DNA from: the human T2T-CHM13v2.0 reference genome, Homo sapiens
Assembly (NCBI RefSeq): GCF_009914755.1
Contig: NC_060927.1
DNA: 64,000 nt
Reading direction: 5' to 3' (one strand)
Both the position numbers and the translations under genes were made by a program. Position 1 is the stretch's first letter. Each line of letters opens with the position of its first letter. Below, in pieces: positions 16,352 to 31,142 of this stretch. The notes under the pieces were generated by a model. That model worked only from the letters and a program-made list of their open reading frames with translations. It ran no database searches and was not told where the DNA came from.

Positions 16352-19300
16352 TCTCCAGTTCGTAAAATGTAAAAATAGCAACTGTTTACTACATTGGATG
16401 ACTTGTTTGTAATTTTAAAAAGAGTAAAACCTTGCTCTAATGTAATTTTGGTTCTGAAATGTTTTGTCTCCATGACCTAAACAAAATGACTTTTAACAAG
16501 AAATGATTTAAATATACAACATATGTATTGATACATTAGATGAACATAGATGCATAATTACTCTGCTTGTATATGAGCAGTTCCATACTTATAAAAAGGT
16601 TTGGGGAAAAATAACTTGTTCTGCATTTTATTTTCTTATAGAAACAATGATAAAGCAGCCAATTCCGTGCCTGAAAAGCGATGTGAGGCAACATTTTAGA
16701 ACACTCACTGTAAACGTCAAAGGCAGTGTGAAAGGAAATGCTTTATAAGCCCCCATCCATGTCTAAAGTTGAAAATTTCAACAATCTAGCATAGAGTTAT
16801 ATGATTTAATGTTTATTCTCAAGAAACCTAAATCAGGTCAAAATTATTTATTATCAATTATATTTAGTGATTAAGTATATTCTGGGGGAGTTAAAAGCCT
16901 AAGGAAAACCACAAAAGCACTTCTCATCTCTTCACTAATGACCTAAAAGGCACTGTGTGAAATGACTATTTCACCATCCACAAAATAACTTTTTAAAAGG
17001 GCCTTTGTAAAACGGCCTATCTATCAGGTTTAGTTGTGCAATGCTCTAAATCCTCTCCTAATAACATCGACCACACAAAATAAATGTCCTAAAGCTAACT
17101 TTAACAACCATTTATGGATTTTCCTACTCTCATAAATCTGTTATAAAGCAATTACTCAGCTATATTTTGTCTTATACTTATTTTAGTATTTTCTGCAGGT
17201 GTGTTTATACTGGCACATTATTTATCAAGTCATCAGAGAAACAGTTTAAAAGCAAATTAAAGTGCTCATGGTATTTTAATCAGTTGTGCAAACCTTAGGT
17301 ATACTACACAGTGTGAACTTCTAATTTATACAAAATATTTTTAAAAACTAAAAAAGAATTGCTTTGTATTTTTAAATTACTAAGATAAGGCTCAAAGGAC
17401 ACCAGATGCTATGTAATTATCAAGTGTAACTACTCTAATGATGACCCTGATGTTTGGTATTTGCTAAAACGATTCGCCAGTCTAAAAACAAGAATTCTAT
17501 TCAGCCTAATGATTCATGCTGTGTATATCTATCAAAATATTTAAAACCATAGCAAGCAAATAATAAAAAATATCCATACAAATGGATGCATAAACAGTCA
17601 CATTTTTAGTTATCTTGTGTATTTAGTTTACTCAAGATTCATCATAAGGTAAAGGTGTTCTTCATGTGAACAGTCTGCAACTATTCTCTTTTAAATAATA
17701 AAATATCTTGATCACTTTATGTGCAAACAATTCTGGATAAAATACAAAATATTATGTGAATCAACTTAGAATTAACTTTTTCACATTGAATGATACTAAC
17801 TCTGATAAAATAATTCCAAGTCTTAAAAGTATGTGAGGCTGTTAAAATGAACATTTTAAAATGTGCTATTTCTCAATGATAAGAGCAGAAAAGTAATTTA
17901 TTTCTCCAAATTTCATTCTCAGGCTGAGCAGCTGAGATTGGATATATCCATACAACTCAATGACATTTTTCCACATTGATGCCATTATTTCAGAATGTTG
18001 GTTTGGTTTCTAAATACAGTTGCTCAGTTATACATCTATATAATTGGGCAGTGAGAAAACCTTACCCACTGTTATGTAGACGAATAAATCACAGTAAAAC
18101 TCAGACCATCATGGAAGGCCTATGATGCGCTATTTACTAGTGTGGTGCTATGTCATTATTTGTCACTGAATCATCTTATGTATCAATTATTTCTTGTACC
18201 TGACTGCTCGACTTATTTCTTCAAATATTTGCCTGGCGTGCACAATTAAGAGAGCATTTCAAATTCTCTGTAGGAAGGCCATGAAGTGAATGCCTTTCTT
18301 TTGATTAATTTTTATGATTTATATCTGTTTTTTTGAAATAACTGAAAGCAACCCCAAATCTTTTTTCGTCGATGAAAGAAATCTAAGAGAATCCCACACA
18401 TTCATCAGTCGTTAGGGTTACAATGGCTGTTTCTTTAAGCTATAAGTACACAAGAAGTTCTTTACTTTATTCCTCTAGGGAAAAACAAAACAAAACAAAA
18501 CAAAACAGCCAAGAATCATAGGCCAAAAAGCTACTGGGTCTCAATCAAATGAAACAGCATTAAAAAACCCAGCAGGAGTGGTGCTCAGCATCTTATTTAC
18601 GCCACTGGATCAGAACAGTTAGGAGAGGGAGTTATTCTCACAAATCACTCTCTTGTTAAATTCTGTAGTGGGACTTCATTAAATCTCTTGGGTGATGGCA
18701 TTTTACTTGCAGCCTGCTCACAAAGAGCTCAACTGGCAGTACTGATTCTTCAAAAGTTTCCATCACATCTTGTCTTTTTTGGTTTTCTTTTTACCATAAC
18801 AAATCTCTTTCCCCATCAGCCCCCCTAGTCCTCAGTTGAAAATTTTTTAATCCTTATTTTAACTACAAAATAAACAAGAGGAAGAGGAGGAGGAGGATGA
18901 GGAGGAGAAGGAGAAGAAAGACACACAAACCTCCACAACAAATCCCTTAAGGGTAGCATTTTGAATAAGACTCTTGAGATTAGTATTAAGAGTATCCATA
19001 CATACAAGCAGTGGTAAATATATATTACATTGAATATGTGTGTATATACATATATCTACCCAATATATATAAATTTAATATATATATTTACCACCATTTT
19101 ACACACACACACATATATATATATAAAATCCTCCAACCCCTGAAGCACTGCTTACTGTAGCACTAGTGACTTTAGTGGGCATCTGTGGATTATTGCCATA
19201 TGTCATTAAGAATCATTCCCTAAAGATCCAGTTTGCTATGTCTTGTCAGAGTCTGGCAAAAGCAGCACACACATATCAAGGTTCTTAAAATTGTCAAATA

Positions 19301-19873
19301 AAGCCTTGGGGGGGTCTCATAATATGTGTTTCATCAAAATGTTGATGAACTCACAGTTCTCAACCAAGATCTTGGATTATACTAAACCTAAGCTGACTCT
19401 GCAAAAAGGTCCCTTGACACTATTAGTTTTGGCTTTGACTCAAATAACCACGTTAATGGTCAGAAACAATGCACTATTATATTGCCAGATTTTCTCAAAT
19501 CAGCAACTTAAGGAAGCTGTTCCAACAAATGATTTAAATGAAGTCTACATCAAAGAAAGGAAATTCAGAACTGAAGGACCCAGTTTTTTCTCTCATTACT
19601 TATTTTATGCCTAGCTATCATACGAGCTCCAAAAAATCCTATGGATCTCACACAAAGATCTCATACGCTGACAGAAAGTTAAACATAGTGAACTCTATTT
19701 ATGGAAACCACAGATTTACAAAGTAGGCCTTCTTTCCTCCAGAGGTGTTTTTGAATGCAAGTTTTTAAAAGTTTATCCCCTACTGGCAATAAAGTCTACA
19801 GTAAGCTATATTGTTTCACTTTTACCTAAATTTTAATTTTACAATATGAAATAATTATCTAATGGTTCATTAA

Positions 19874-19913
19874 ACACACACATACACACACACACACACA
19901 GACACACACACAC
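19874..19913. repeat. (CA)n microsatellite abutting a truncated Alu
   Basis: cacacacatacacacacacacacacagacacacacacac seen directly. Confidence 0.93.
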
Positions 19914-19914
19914 G

Positions 19915-20134
19915 AGTCTGGACAACATAGTGAGACCTCATCTCTCCAAAAAAAAAAAAAAAAAAAAAGGAAAGAAAAGAAATTAGGCAGGCATGGTGGC
20001 ATGCTTCTGTAGAGCTACTTGGGAGGCTGAAGGGAGAGGATTGCTTCAGCCCAGGTGGTCAATGCTGCAGTGAGCCATGATTGTGCCACTGCACGCTAAC
20101 CTGGGTGACATAATGAGACCCTGTCTCAAAAAAA
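19915..20134 (+). mobile_element. 5'-truncated AluJ
   Basis: caacatagtgagacctcatctct, long A linker, J-type right arm ggattgcttcagcccagg...gagaccctgtctc. Confidence 0.88.
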
Positions 20135-20711
20135 CAGTCATACATTCACACAGTATGTTACATTAAGATTGGCATGTATCTTGATTATTTTCAAAGTTGC
20201 TAATTCACATGTTAGAAAATTATCAAATGCACATTTCTTTTTGTGGATTACGCCTGCTGATCCATTTTTTCCAGATTAAATTATATTGAAGTTATTTCTG
20301 AGTACAGTATATCTAAATTTGTTTATATTCAGTTAATTCAATTGTTCCACTATATGGACTACATGGAACAGGCAGTGATGGGATTCAATGTTATTCATTC
20401 TATCAGGAAATTTAGCAGCATTGAACATAGCAGGGAGGGATAGTAATTATGTTAAAGTAAAACAATAACCAAACTTCACATTAATCAGCTATAAAAAATG
20501 TCAAATCTCTATGGACAAAATAACAATTAACAGGGACCTGATGAATTTTTAATTTAGTTTTGGAAGAAGCTGAGAAAAACAATCATAGAAACAGTAACAA
20601 CAACTGTATTTGCATAAGCACCCCATAATCCACACCCACTTTCTTGGGAATTCAACTATTTTATTCATTAGTTTATTTTCCTATTAGCTGACGGATATTT
20701 GTATTACATGT

Positions 20712-20800
20712 ACACTCATTTTTCAACAGATGAGAACTCTGAATCTCAGAGAAGTTAGGCAATTTGCCTAGGATTCAACAACTGGTGTGTATCAGGATGA
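20712..20800 (-). mobile_element. MIR core fragment
   Basis: acagatgagaactctgaatctcagagaagttaggcaatttgcctagg = reverse MIR core. Confidence 0.7.
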
Positions 20801-20848
20801 GCACTTAATTCACTCACACAGAAAATGTTACAAGAACATCAAGGTTTC

Positions 20849-21277
20849 TGTGATGGTGAATTTTATGTGTCCATTTGAGTGGGTTAGGGGATGTCCAGAC
20901 AATGGGCAACATGTATTTCTGGGAGTGTCTGTGACGGTGTTTCTGGAAGAGATTAGCATTTGATACTGTTAACTGAGTAAAGAAGACATGCCTTCACCAA
21001 TGTGGGCTGGCGTCATCCAATCCGTTGAGGGTCCAGGTAGAAAAAAGGCAAATGTGCTGTCTCTTCTGGAGCTGGGACACACATCTTTTCCTGCTCCCCC
21101 AATGTTAGAATTTTGCTCTTAGACTGAATTAAACCACCTGTTTTGCTGGTTCTTCACCTTGTAGATGGCAGATGGTGGGAATTCTTGACCCCCCCATACC
21201 AATACTTATAATAAATCTCTTCTTATTATCTCTATATGCTATTGAGTGTGTTTCTCTGGAGGACCCTAACTAAAACG
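20849..21277 (+). mobile_element. MLT2-family (ERVL) solo LTR
   Basis: Starts tgtgatggtgaattttatgtgtc, contains gtgtttctggaagagattagcatttga and aataaa, ends tgtttctctggaggaccctaactaaaac as in MLT2 consensuses. Confidence 0.85.
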
Positions 21278-21284
21278 ATGTCTC

Positions 21285-22160
21285 TGAGACTGCAGTAAAC
21301 AATGAGACTAACAAAGCAAAGTCAGCAAAGTGTGTGCCTAAGGAACTCACAGTCAAGCAGTTCAGACATTGAAATCCCATTAAGGGCAGTAGTAGCATCC
21401 AGTGGGTAGGTGAATGGGAAATACCTAACTCTCACTCGGATGGGGAGTGTCTGAAAAGCTTGCTGGAGGATGCTTATGTGAATCAAGTTCAAGAATAGGA
21501 GTAACTAGCAAGTAGAAGATGGGGCAGGTGGAGCTGGGGCATTTTAGACCAAGGAGCCAACATAACAAAAAGCCCAGAGATAAGCTACATGGTGGTGTAT
21601 ACACAAAAGAAATATAGGAATATAGCATATTATACTAAAGTGAGTAGCAAGAAAGGAGGCTAGTATCATCAAAAGTATTTTGGATCTTACCCTGGAGAGA
21701 TGGGAACCATGGAAATCATTTATGGAAGGAATTAATATAATTATAACTGTGTTTTAGGTAGATAATCTTCTTAAAACTCTTTTTTAAAATTATTTAAAAC
21801 AATTTTTTTTTAACACTGGGTCTCACTGTGTTGCTTAGGCTGGTCTCGAACTCCTGGGCTCAAGTGATCCTCCTATCTTGGCCTCCCAAAGTGCTGGGAT
21901 TATAGGCGTGAACCATGACGCCCAGCTTTTGTAGGTACATTAATCTGTTGTGTGAAGAATAGATTCTATGAGACAAGGTGGAGGCAAGGAACCTGGTTAG
22001 AAGTTAAGAGTTTCCCGGAGAAATGATAAAGGCCTAAAATGGGGCAATGATAAGAAGGCAAGGGAGGTGGTGAGAGAGTTGAGAAATAGGTAAAAGGCAA
22101 AATAAGTAGGATTTTGTGATGACTGATTAAGAGTGAGATATGGGAAAATGGGAACATGAA
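21285..22160 (-). mobile_element. L2 fragment (interrupted by an Alu monomer)
   Basis: aaggaactcacagtc, gagatgggaaccatgga, ggaggcaaggaacctggttagaag resemble reverse L2; boundaries approximate. Confidence 0.55.
21803..21926 (-). mobile_element. FLAM-C / Alu left monomer
   Basis: gggtctcactgtgttgcttaggctggtctcgaactcctgggctcaagtgatcctcc...cccagc; single arm only. Confidence 0.85.
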
Positions 22161-25100
22161 GGATAAAGAGTAAAGCTGTCGACTGGCTGTGTGTCTGCAG
22201 GCTGCATTGCCAACAAGTCAAATAAAGAATATGAGGGAATTCAGCTTCTGATGTCTGGTCTGCTCTTATTTTCACTTCTTCACTATTATATTATGCAAAC
22301 TAATGCTTACAGCCTGAGTTAGCAGAAACTTAAAGACTCAGACAAACCTCTGACAGCTGCTTCTTGTTTTACTGAAAGTTATAATTACTCTTCAACTCTG
22401 AGTTCATTGGGACAGTAAATAGGGGTCAATCATAAACTGCGGTGTCCTAGATATTCCAGCAAAGTTTCTTTTCTGAAGCATGTAGTTTACTAGCAGCAAG
22501 GAGAGACACTCTAGGAAGCATCCCATTAGTAGCAATTAAGTCAGGCAAAAGACAGCACGGGGCTTTTTTTCTGTCTTTGTGTCTCCCCTATTGCATGTCA
22601 GTCTCATACACTAAGGCTCAGACTCCCAGAAGCTGTCACTGGCTCATCAGTCCTAACGAGAAAGTATTATGCTCCTTCACTGCACAGTTGGCATTAATAC
22701 TTAGGGGAAGCATCAGACAAAAATAACAATTCTACAGAATAGAATAGAATGCACATTCTTTTGATGTTTTAACATTCCTATTGTATGTCAACAATAAATT
22801 TAAAGCAATAGCAACATAATTCATGATACTGTATTTTATAGTTAAAAGAAAGCTGATAAAGTTGAGAGACTAGAGTGACTTCACATCAAGAGAAGAAAAA
22901 TGGACAAGCTCTTATGAGAGAAGAGCTGGGATTTCACAAAAATCCCATTCATCTGATAACAGAGCATCACCTGGTTTGGCAATGTTTAGCACCTGCCTTT
23001 TCTTTGAACAGAGCTTCAAAAATTGACCCATTCTGTGAGAAGCCTGGAGAGGAGTATAGTGGGGTGTGAATTGAGATCTAAACATACCACTTCCTGTGAC
23101 TGGCTGGCCCTGCACTCAGCCCTCAAGAGAAACAAGAAGACTAAGTGTCTTTTAGTTCCTGTTGTGAGAGAGACAAACAAAAATGGGATTGGATTTTCTT
23201 ATACTTCAACTCAGGGAGATAAAAGGTGATGGCTTGGGAAATGGTTGGTCTGTTTTCAGGCCGTTCTTGGTTCGGTTTCCTGTGACTGATGGGACACAGC
23301 GATGGGAACATGATCACTCTGGTGATAGAGAGTCACAAATTTACTTTGGAAATGAAATTGTTACAGTAAGAAGAGCTGCTTTATCTGTGAAGTTACAAAA
23401 GGAGTGGAAAGATTAATAATGCCATCTAGTTCACCCTGTTTAAGCAATGAGTATCATTGAAGCAAGGAATCACAAGAAATCTTAGAGGCTGAGGACAAAC
23501 TCAGAAACAGGAGAAACTCAAACTTTAAACTATGTGGCTTTATCACCTATCTTTCGTTTGGAAGAGCACTCCTCAAAAATGGAATAATTTAAAAAGCCAC
23601 CAAGATGATTGTCATTGAAAGTAAATAATTTATAAATTTTATAGGGTTTGTTATTCATAATTGAGTAAATAGATTTTTTTTTCATTTTTAAGTATTTTGA
23701 AGCTGTATTCACCATGCTTTTCCTAAAGTCTACTTCAAACAAAGAAAAAAGCATTTGCTTTTCTTTTTAATCATTTTAGTTTAAAAATAAAAATAATAAT
23801 ATAATTTGGCCATCATCTGATTCTAAGAAGAACCTGAAGGCCCACCTTGTAAGCATCTAATAAATACGTAATGGATTTAGATTAAGATAGCAAAATAATA
23901 TAAAAACAAACCTGCAACCATTCTTGAATACCAAGGGGAGGCATAAATTTTAGCAGTTTCAATGACACGCTGTTTAAAAACGTGGCAGGGTGCCTCTATG
24001 CATCTATGTTGTTCTTGTTAGATTTTACCTTTTATAGGTATGTCACAACCTATAAAATTGTTACAAATACTGTATGTAGTATATATCTTTTTGTCTTAAA
24101 AGATGGAGCCATGATGCAACATGAAACACCACTTCAGTGAATAATTCATTCCTATCAAGACAGAGCCAGCTATCCTAACACTCGTCAAATTGAAATGCTA
24201 CAGTTCAAAAATAACAATGTAATAAATCAAAATAGAGGTGATAGGTCTTTAAAAAGATGCTTGATTTTGTTTGTGTATTTTAGGTTCACAAAAAGATTTC
24301 TTGAAAGAAAGGTATGTAGATATTATACACATGGAGAGGAAACAGGGATGCAGACAAACACTAAGTATAAATGTAACAACACTGATGGTTAACATGTATA
24401 GGTAATGAAACTTTGCTTAGTTTACAAAATGATGTAATGTGAGGTTCAGGTTTACTGAATTTTCTGGCTAACTCAAAGTTAAGCAGAAACACTTTTCTGT
24501 TGTAATTATCCCAAACAGCATTGTTTCACTATTTTGTATTGGTCATATAATGAACAGTAATTATCCTTTGATAGGTCATTACTGCTGAGCCTTTGGGTCT
24601 CATTCTGAGAATTAGTTTCAATAATATACCAATATTGGTATACCATGTATACCAATATGCAAGTTAAAGGAATCAGGATATTCTTTTTATTGCCTAAATA
24701 TTTACAGAGCCCAGAAAAAATATATTTTTAGCCCAAACTTCCTAATATCACCAAAATTTTATTACAGTTTGCCTCTTTCCTAAGTAAAATAAAACCTGCA
24801 TTATTAAGTAATCAATATCTTATTTGATTCAATATTTTAATTTGACTTTGGCATTCCACTGGCCAGGGACAAGTAATCCCATGAATGTTACACCAAATGT
24901 GGTACAGGTTTTAGTGGTGCAATTACTTTCTATTAACAGGGTGCAACCTCATATTTCATCCATGTTTTGAAATGATCATTAAGGAGATAAAGAAGTTTTT
25001 GAGGATATTTGCTCATGGATAATCTTACTAGTCTCTGTATGAATTGTGAGAAAGCACCACTATTTTACAGAGAGAAACAGAGGCACTGAGAATCTAAAAA

Positions 25101-25350
25101 ATTAGAAAACAGTCACTCTTAGAGATAACGGAATGGAAATTGTGACAAAAAACCTTGGGCTGAATGTTCTTCCATTTCAATAACACTCCAATGCACATGT
25201 AATGCAATCTTTTTGATTCATTTTTCTTCCAAAATGGTCATAAATTTCAATAATTTATCTACTTATTTTCCAAAACTTCAATACATATCTAGGACTAGCT
25301 TCACTGGCGCTAGCAAAATCCAACACATTTACTATAATAGCCCGTAAGGA

Positions 25351-25597
25351 TTTTTATTTTTATTTTATTTCTAGAGGCAGGGTCTCAATCTGTCACCCAG
25401 GTTGGAGTGCAAGGCAGGGTTCGCAGCTCACTGAAACTTCCCACTCGTGGACTCAAGCTGTTTTCCTGCCTCAGCCCCCCATGTCGCTGGGACTACAGGT
25501 GCACACCAACATGTACAATTGACTTTAAAATTAGTTTTTGTAGAGATGGAGCCATGAACTCCTGGCCACAAGCATTCCTCCTGCCTCAACCTTCCAA
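25351..25597 (-). mobile_element. Degenerate AluJ
   Basis: Reverse Alu, highly diverged, left arm partly deleted. Confidence 0.8.
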
Positions 25598-26319
25598 TAA
25601 AGGTTTTAAAAAATGAAAATGTAATGCTTTATATTTGAGAAATGTCTTTAATAATTTGTCACATAATAAATTGTCATGACAATATTAGTACTTCAGATTC
25701 TTCATTTACAGTAGAAGAGCCACTGATCTAGAATTATCTAAAACTACTATTTTTCTTACCACCTAATAATTATTGAAATTAAGCAATAAAGCTATCAATA
25801 ATAACACTCATAAGTCTAATGCTGTTTATTTACAAAATATGTACTGTATAACAGATAATATGTTAAATATCCTTATACAAAGGTTGGTATTACTGTGTCC
25901 ATTTTACATATGGGTCAACTGAGTTTCATGAAATTTATGTAAACTCTTCTAGGTTACATAGTAGTAAATGACAGAATCATGATTCACCTAAATTCTGTCT
26001 GATTCCAATGTCCATTCTCTTAGCTACACCATTATCTTTAACACACTTCTTCTACCTTTCTAAGTCTCAAATTATAAAGACATTTTAAAAAGTCTTCTAT
26101 TCTCCCTGTCAGTTCATCAAGTAACTCCTCATTCCTGAGGTTTGTGAAGTTGCTCGTTTAAAAATAAAAATAAATTTATGTGCTCCAACCCAGATCTCCT
26201 AAATTGGATTTTCTACAGGCCATGCCTGATAATCTGTATACTTAACAAGTAACTTCCGGTAAGTTTAAGAAACAGTGTCTAGCCCTAGATTTTACTCTGT
26301 TCCCTTTTCACCTCCATTC

Positions 26320-26400
26320 TTTTTAAAAAATACATTTCATTGTATATATTTAAAGTATACAACATGACGTTATGAGATACAGACAGTAAAACAATTACTG
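26320..26400 (-). mobile_element. L1MA-like 3' end fragment
   Basis: attgtatatatttaaagtatacaacatga resembles the reverse L1MA 3' terminus. Confidence 0.5.
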
Positions 26401-26542
26401 TGCTCTTTCAAACACAGGTCATAAGGCAGCATCATTCATAAATGGCAGTCTCTTCAAATTTGATCAAATGGAGCTTACTGTTGGCACTCAGAATTAAAAC
26501 CACCAGAAGCTGCTTGAGTTTTCCCTAGGATGTCCCTGTGCT

Positions 26543-26676
26543 CTCTCTCTTTCTTCCTTTCTTTCTTTCCCTTTCTTTCTTTCTCTTTCTTTCTTTCTTT
26601 CTCTCTCTCTCTCCTTCCTTCCTTCCTTCCTTCCTCCTTCCTTCCTTCCTTCCTTCCTTCCTTCCTTCCTTCCTTC

Positions 26677-26736
<60 letters not shown>

Positions 26737-26811
26737 TTTCCTTCCTTCCTTCCTTCCTTCCTTCCTTCCTTCCTTTTCTCTCTTTCTCTCTCTCTCTTTC
26801 TTTCTTTTTTT
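26543..26811. repeat. Compound polypyrimidine microsatellite (CT)n/(CCTT)n/(CTTT)n
   Basis: About 270 bp of only C/T; includes (CCTT)11 at 26636-26679, (CTTT)14 at 26677-26732, (CCTT)9 at 26740-26775. Confidence 0.97.
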
Positions 26812-27203
<392 letters not shown>

Positions 27204-27324
27204 TGAAAGAACCGTGAAGAGTACACAAGTAGAAAAGCCACGGAAACCCCTAGAGTCAAGAGAGGAATATTTAAAGACATAAAGTCTAGAAAACAGCAGA
27301 ATTTGGGATTACAAGAAGACCTTG

Positions 27325-27326
<2 letters not shown>

Positions 27327-27357
<31 letters not shown>
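27327..27357 (+). repeat. A31 homopolymer
   Basis: Seen directly; no adjacent Alu or L1 body recognised. Confidence 0.95.
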
Positions 27358-27362
<5 letters not shown>

Positions 27363-29584
27363 AAATCAGGGTTCTTTTTAAGATGCTGGAATTAACTACA
27401 TCTGTGCTGGGGGTGAAAATCAAATGGCCACCCTTATGTAAGGTAATTTATTCCCACAGCTTCTACCTGCATTACTGGGCTTTATTGCCTTAACATCAAT
27501 GATCAAAATTAAATACTCATTGTATGAGATGTGAGGGAGAGAAAGATTATGTTTGAGCTCGTAGTGACTCCAACACTGCCTTTTAAAAATGAGCTATACA
27601 CAAAACACGGAAAGTTTTTTAACAATACAATTACACTACTGAATTTTTTTAACTGTAATTATTTCCTGCTACCAAATGGCTTCAATTCTGATTAGTTTCC
27701 TTTGTAGTAACTGGTGTTTTTCTACGTTCAGTCTCAAAAGACGAAAAAAGGCATATCTTCTCAGGTTTCCTTTGAATGTTTTTTTCTTATTTATCTTTTG
27801 CAGTTGGGAATCATGTTACTTTCTTTAACATACTGTGTTTATTATTCCAGCATGTTAAAGATGTTTTAACAGTGATGTTAATAGGCATATTTTATTTTAA
27901 TATTGAATAATATATCCTCAACTATATAAAGATCTTTTAAACATTTATAGAAAACACAACGCAGTTGAAATGAGAACTTCTAAATTCAAGTAGTTTCTGG
28001 ATTTGATCATTAGTGCCAATTTCCTTTGAAATCCAGGCTTAGAGAGCAAGATTTCCATACGGAAAACTTAAGGCTAAATGAATTTTGTAACTGAATTTAA
28101 AATTGCAGGAAGAAACTCTATTTTGATTTCAATGTCTACTGTATACACAGTAGAATAGCTGTTAGTTATAAAAGCATCAGGCTACCAAGGTAAAGTACTT
28201 TAAAACACAAAGTGAAACACATTTCACTGACTAACGTAATAGACAGTCAACCTCCTTATCACAATTGCCTGGAGATAGACACACCTTTTCATGTCTTGTA
28301 TTCATCCTGGCTATTTTCACTCCTTCTGGAGGGCTTTTGAACTTGGATTTGACACCTCTTATATTTATGCTTTCTGTAAATGTGAAGAGGTTTTCTTTTC
28401 TTAGTTTTAGCCTTACTTGGAGTTCAAGTCTAACTTAGATTAAAGAGTAGTCTTGGCCTTAGAAACTCAATGTTTGTTCTTGATCTTTCTTTTTTTCCTT
28501 TTGTTTTTATGAGATTGAGCTAAAAACCCCAAAGTGGGACATAATGGCTTTAGAGACAGGAAGGAAATATTCTTTACTCTTTTTTTTCTAGTGTAAAAAG
28601 CCCACAAGGCTCTTTTGTACAAAGCCCACAGTAGAAATGCTCCCTCAAAAGCCACCTTTTTTTTCTAAGTAGTCTTAGAACAGACAGTGTTCAGAAAAGA
28701 TGACAGCATCAAGTGTTGCTAATGTTAGACCCCAAAACAAGCTAAATGGTTTATGGCCAGAACTTCCATTTACTATATATACTGTCAAAACAGGAATTTT
28801 TTTTCCAACCAATAAAATGTTTTTTAAAGGTCATTGCCTCTGAAATTCCATAATAGACAACTTGCCACTTAAAAAGAAAAAAAAATAGAGGAAAGTTCTC
28901 AAATGGGATATAGTGAGAAATAATCAGTACGACATCACAGAGAAAAACAAAATGGGATTATGAGAATGAAAAACTTCTGGATTATGGATGGAAAAGGGGT
29001 GACAGATCCATTTCCTCCTATCAGCTTAAGACGTGACTTTGACTTTCAAAAACCTGGTAGCCATAGAACACGGTATCCACTTGGGCTCATACGATGCTAA
29101 ATAATAAATCTGTATCAAAATTAGCAAAGTACAACTGCAATTCGTTCAATCAACTGATATTTATTGAGTGTTTGTTATGATGCAGGCACTCTGTGCGCAC
29201 AAAACAATTGCAAAGTCCCTGCTCAATAAATCCTACATTCTGAAGAGTAATAGAATCTTCTTTTTCTGTTACAAATTGTACAGGCCCCTGAAAGTGGATG
29301 ATCTTGAAGTAATGAAAGACTTGTTTTCCTCCAAAGACAAAGTTTCCTCCAAGACAGCAATAGCTGTCATTTAATTAAAAGATTAGAAGGGCTCTATGTT
29401 TGAAGACCTGGAGTTTAAAGCACATTCTTCGCCTCTACTTGACCAAGATAGTTTTTGAACTATCTTGAACATTTAATTCAATTTTGAACATAATTTTCAA
29501 CATTTAATTCAATTTCCTGTAACACTTACAGAGCTCCCATAGGCAAAACAATATGTGTTCTTTAAATATGTTTGAAATACATTA

Positions 29585-29884
<300 letters not shown>

Positions 29885-30139
29885 TCATTATTATACACAC
29901 AATGCTTCAAAGCACATGCTACATTCTTTTCTGATAACTTAAAACAAAGAGTAAAACATGGTATTCCTCTAAGTCAGCTGGCAGAAGAAAAGCTTGTTTT
30001 TATAATTATGTGGACTAACATATTAAACTACTTTCTAAAAGAACATTTTGGGGTAAAGTTGGCATTTATTTACTTATTTCCTCAAGCTCCTGTGCTCACA
30101 CTAAAACAAAAAGATAGTGACCATTAATTAAATTCTTAC

Positions 30140-30320
30140 CATTTGCCAGACTTTAAATGTTTTATAGATTTTATCCTTCTAAGTTTGTATAACAATGGTA
30201 TGAAATAACTGTTATGCTCACCTCCATTTTTTGGATGAGGACACTGAGGTATAGGAGGTAAAGGAACTTGGCCTTGGTCCTCATCTAGTTCGGTGGCAGA
30301 GTCGAAATTTGAACCCACTT
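30140..30320 (-). mobile_element. MIR
   Basis: ccattttttggatgaggacactgagg...aacttggccttggtc...ggtggcagagtcgaaatttgaaccca. Confidence 0.75.
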
Positions 30321-30804
30321 TCATTTTTGAGTTTACTTGTCTTGCCTCATCTTCCCTCCCTCTAAGTGTTAGGTTTTCCTTGAACTTTCACTTTAGTCCT
30401 CTTTTTACTCTACATGATCTCCCTGAGTTAAGTTATCTACTATAGTTTACATACTGATCTACCACACAAACATTTCCTATCCCTAATTCATCTAAGTTCC
30501 AAATTTGGATTTCTAACTAATAATTAGACATCACATCCCATAGGCACCTAATATTTAATGTATTAAATAAAACTTTCTGTTCTTCCCCTAACATAAACCA
30601 ACTCCTTTTCTTAACACATTTACGTATCTTCTTTCACCAGCTGTCTATATCTAACAAGTCATCCAATTTGTCATTTTAGTCTTAGAAATTTCTCTTTACT
30701 GTTGAGCCCTGTCTCTATCTCACCTCTCAGTTCAGACAGTTTACATCTCTGATCTGGACAACCACAAAAATCGTGTCCCTGCCACTAGCCTCTCCCCAGA
30801 ATAA

Positions 30805-31142
<338 letters not shown>

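Noticed and set aside
19243-19726. 123-aa and 62-aa plus-strand ORFs as a processed pseudogene
   Set aside because: No recognisable protein similarity, poly(A) tail or TSD.
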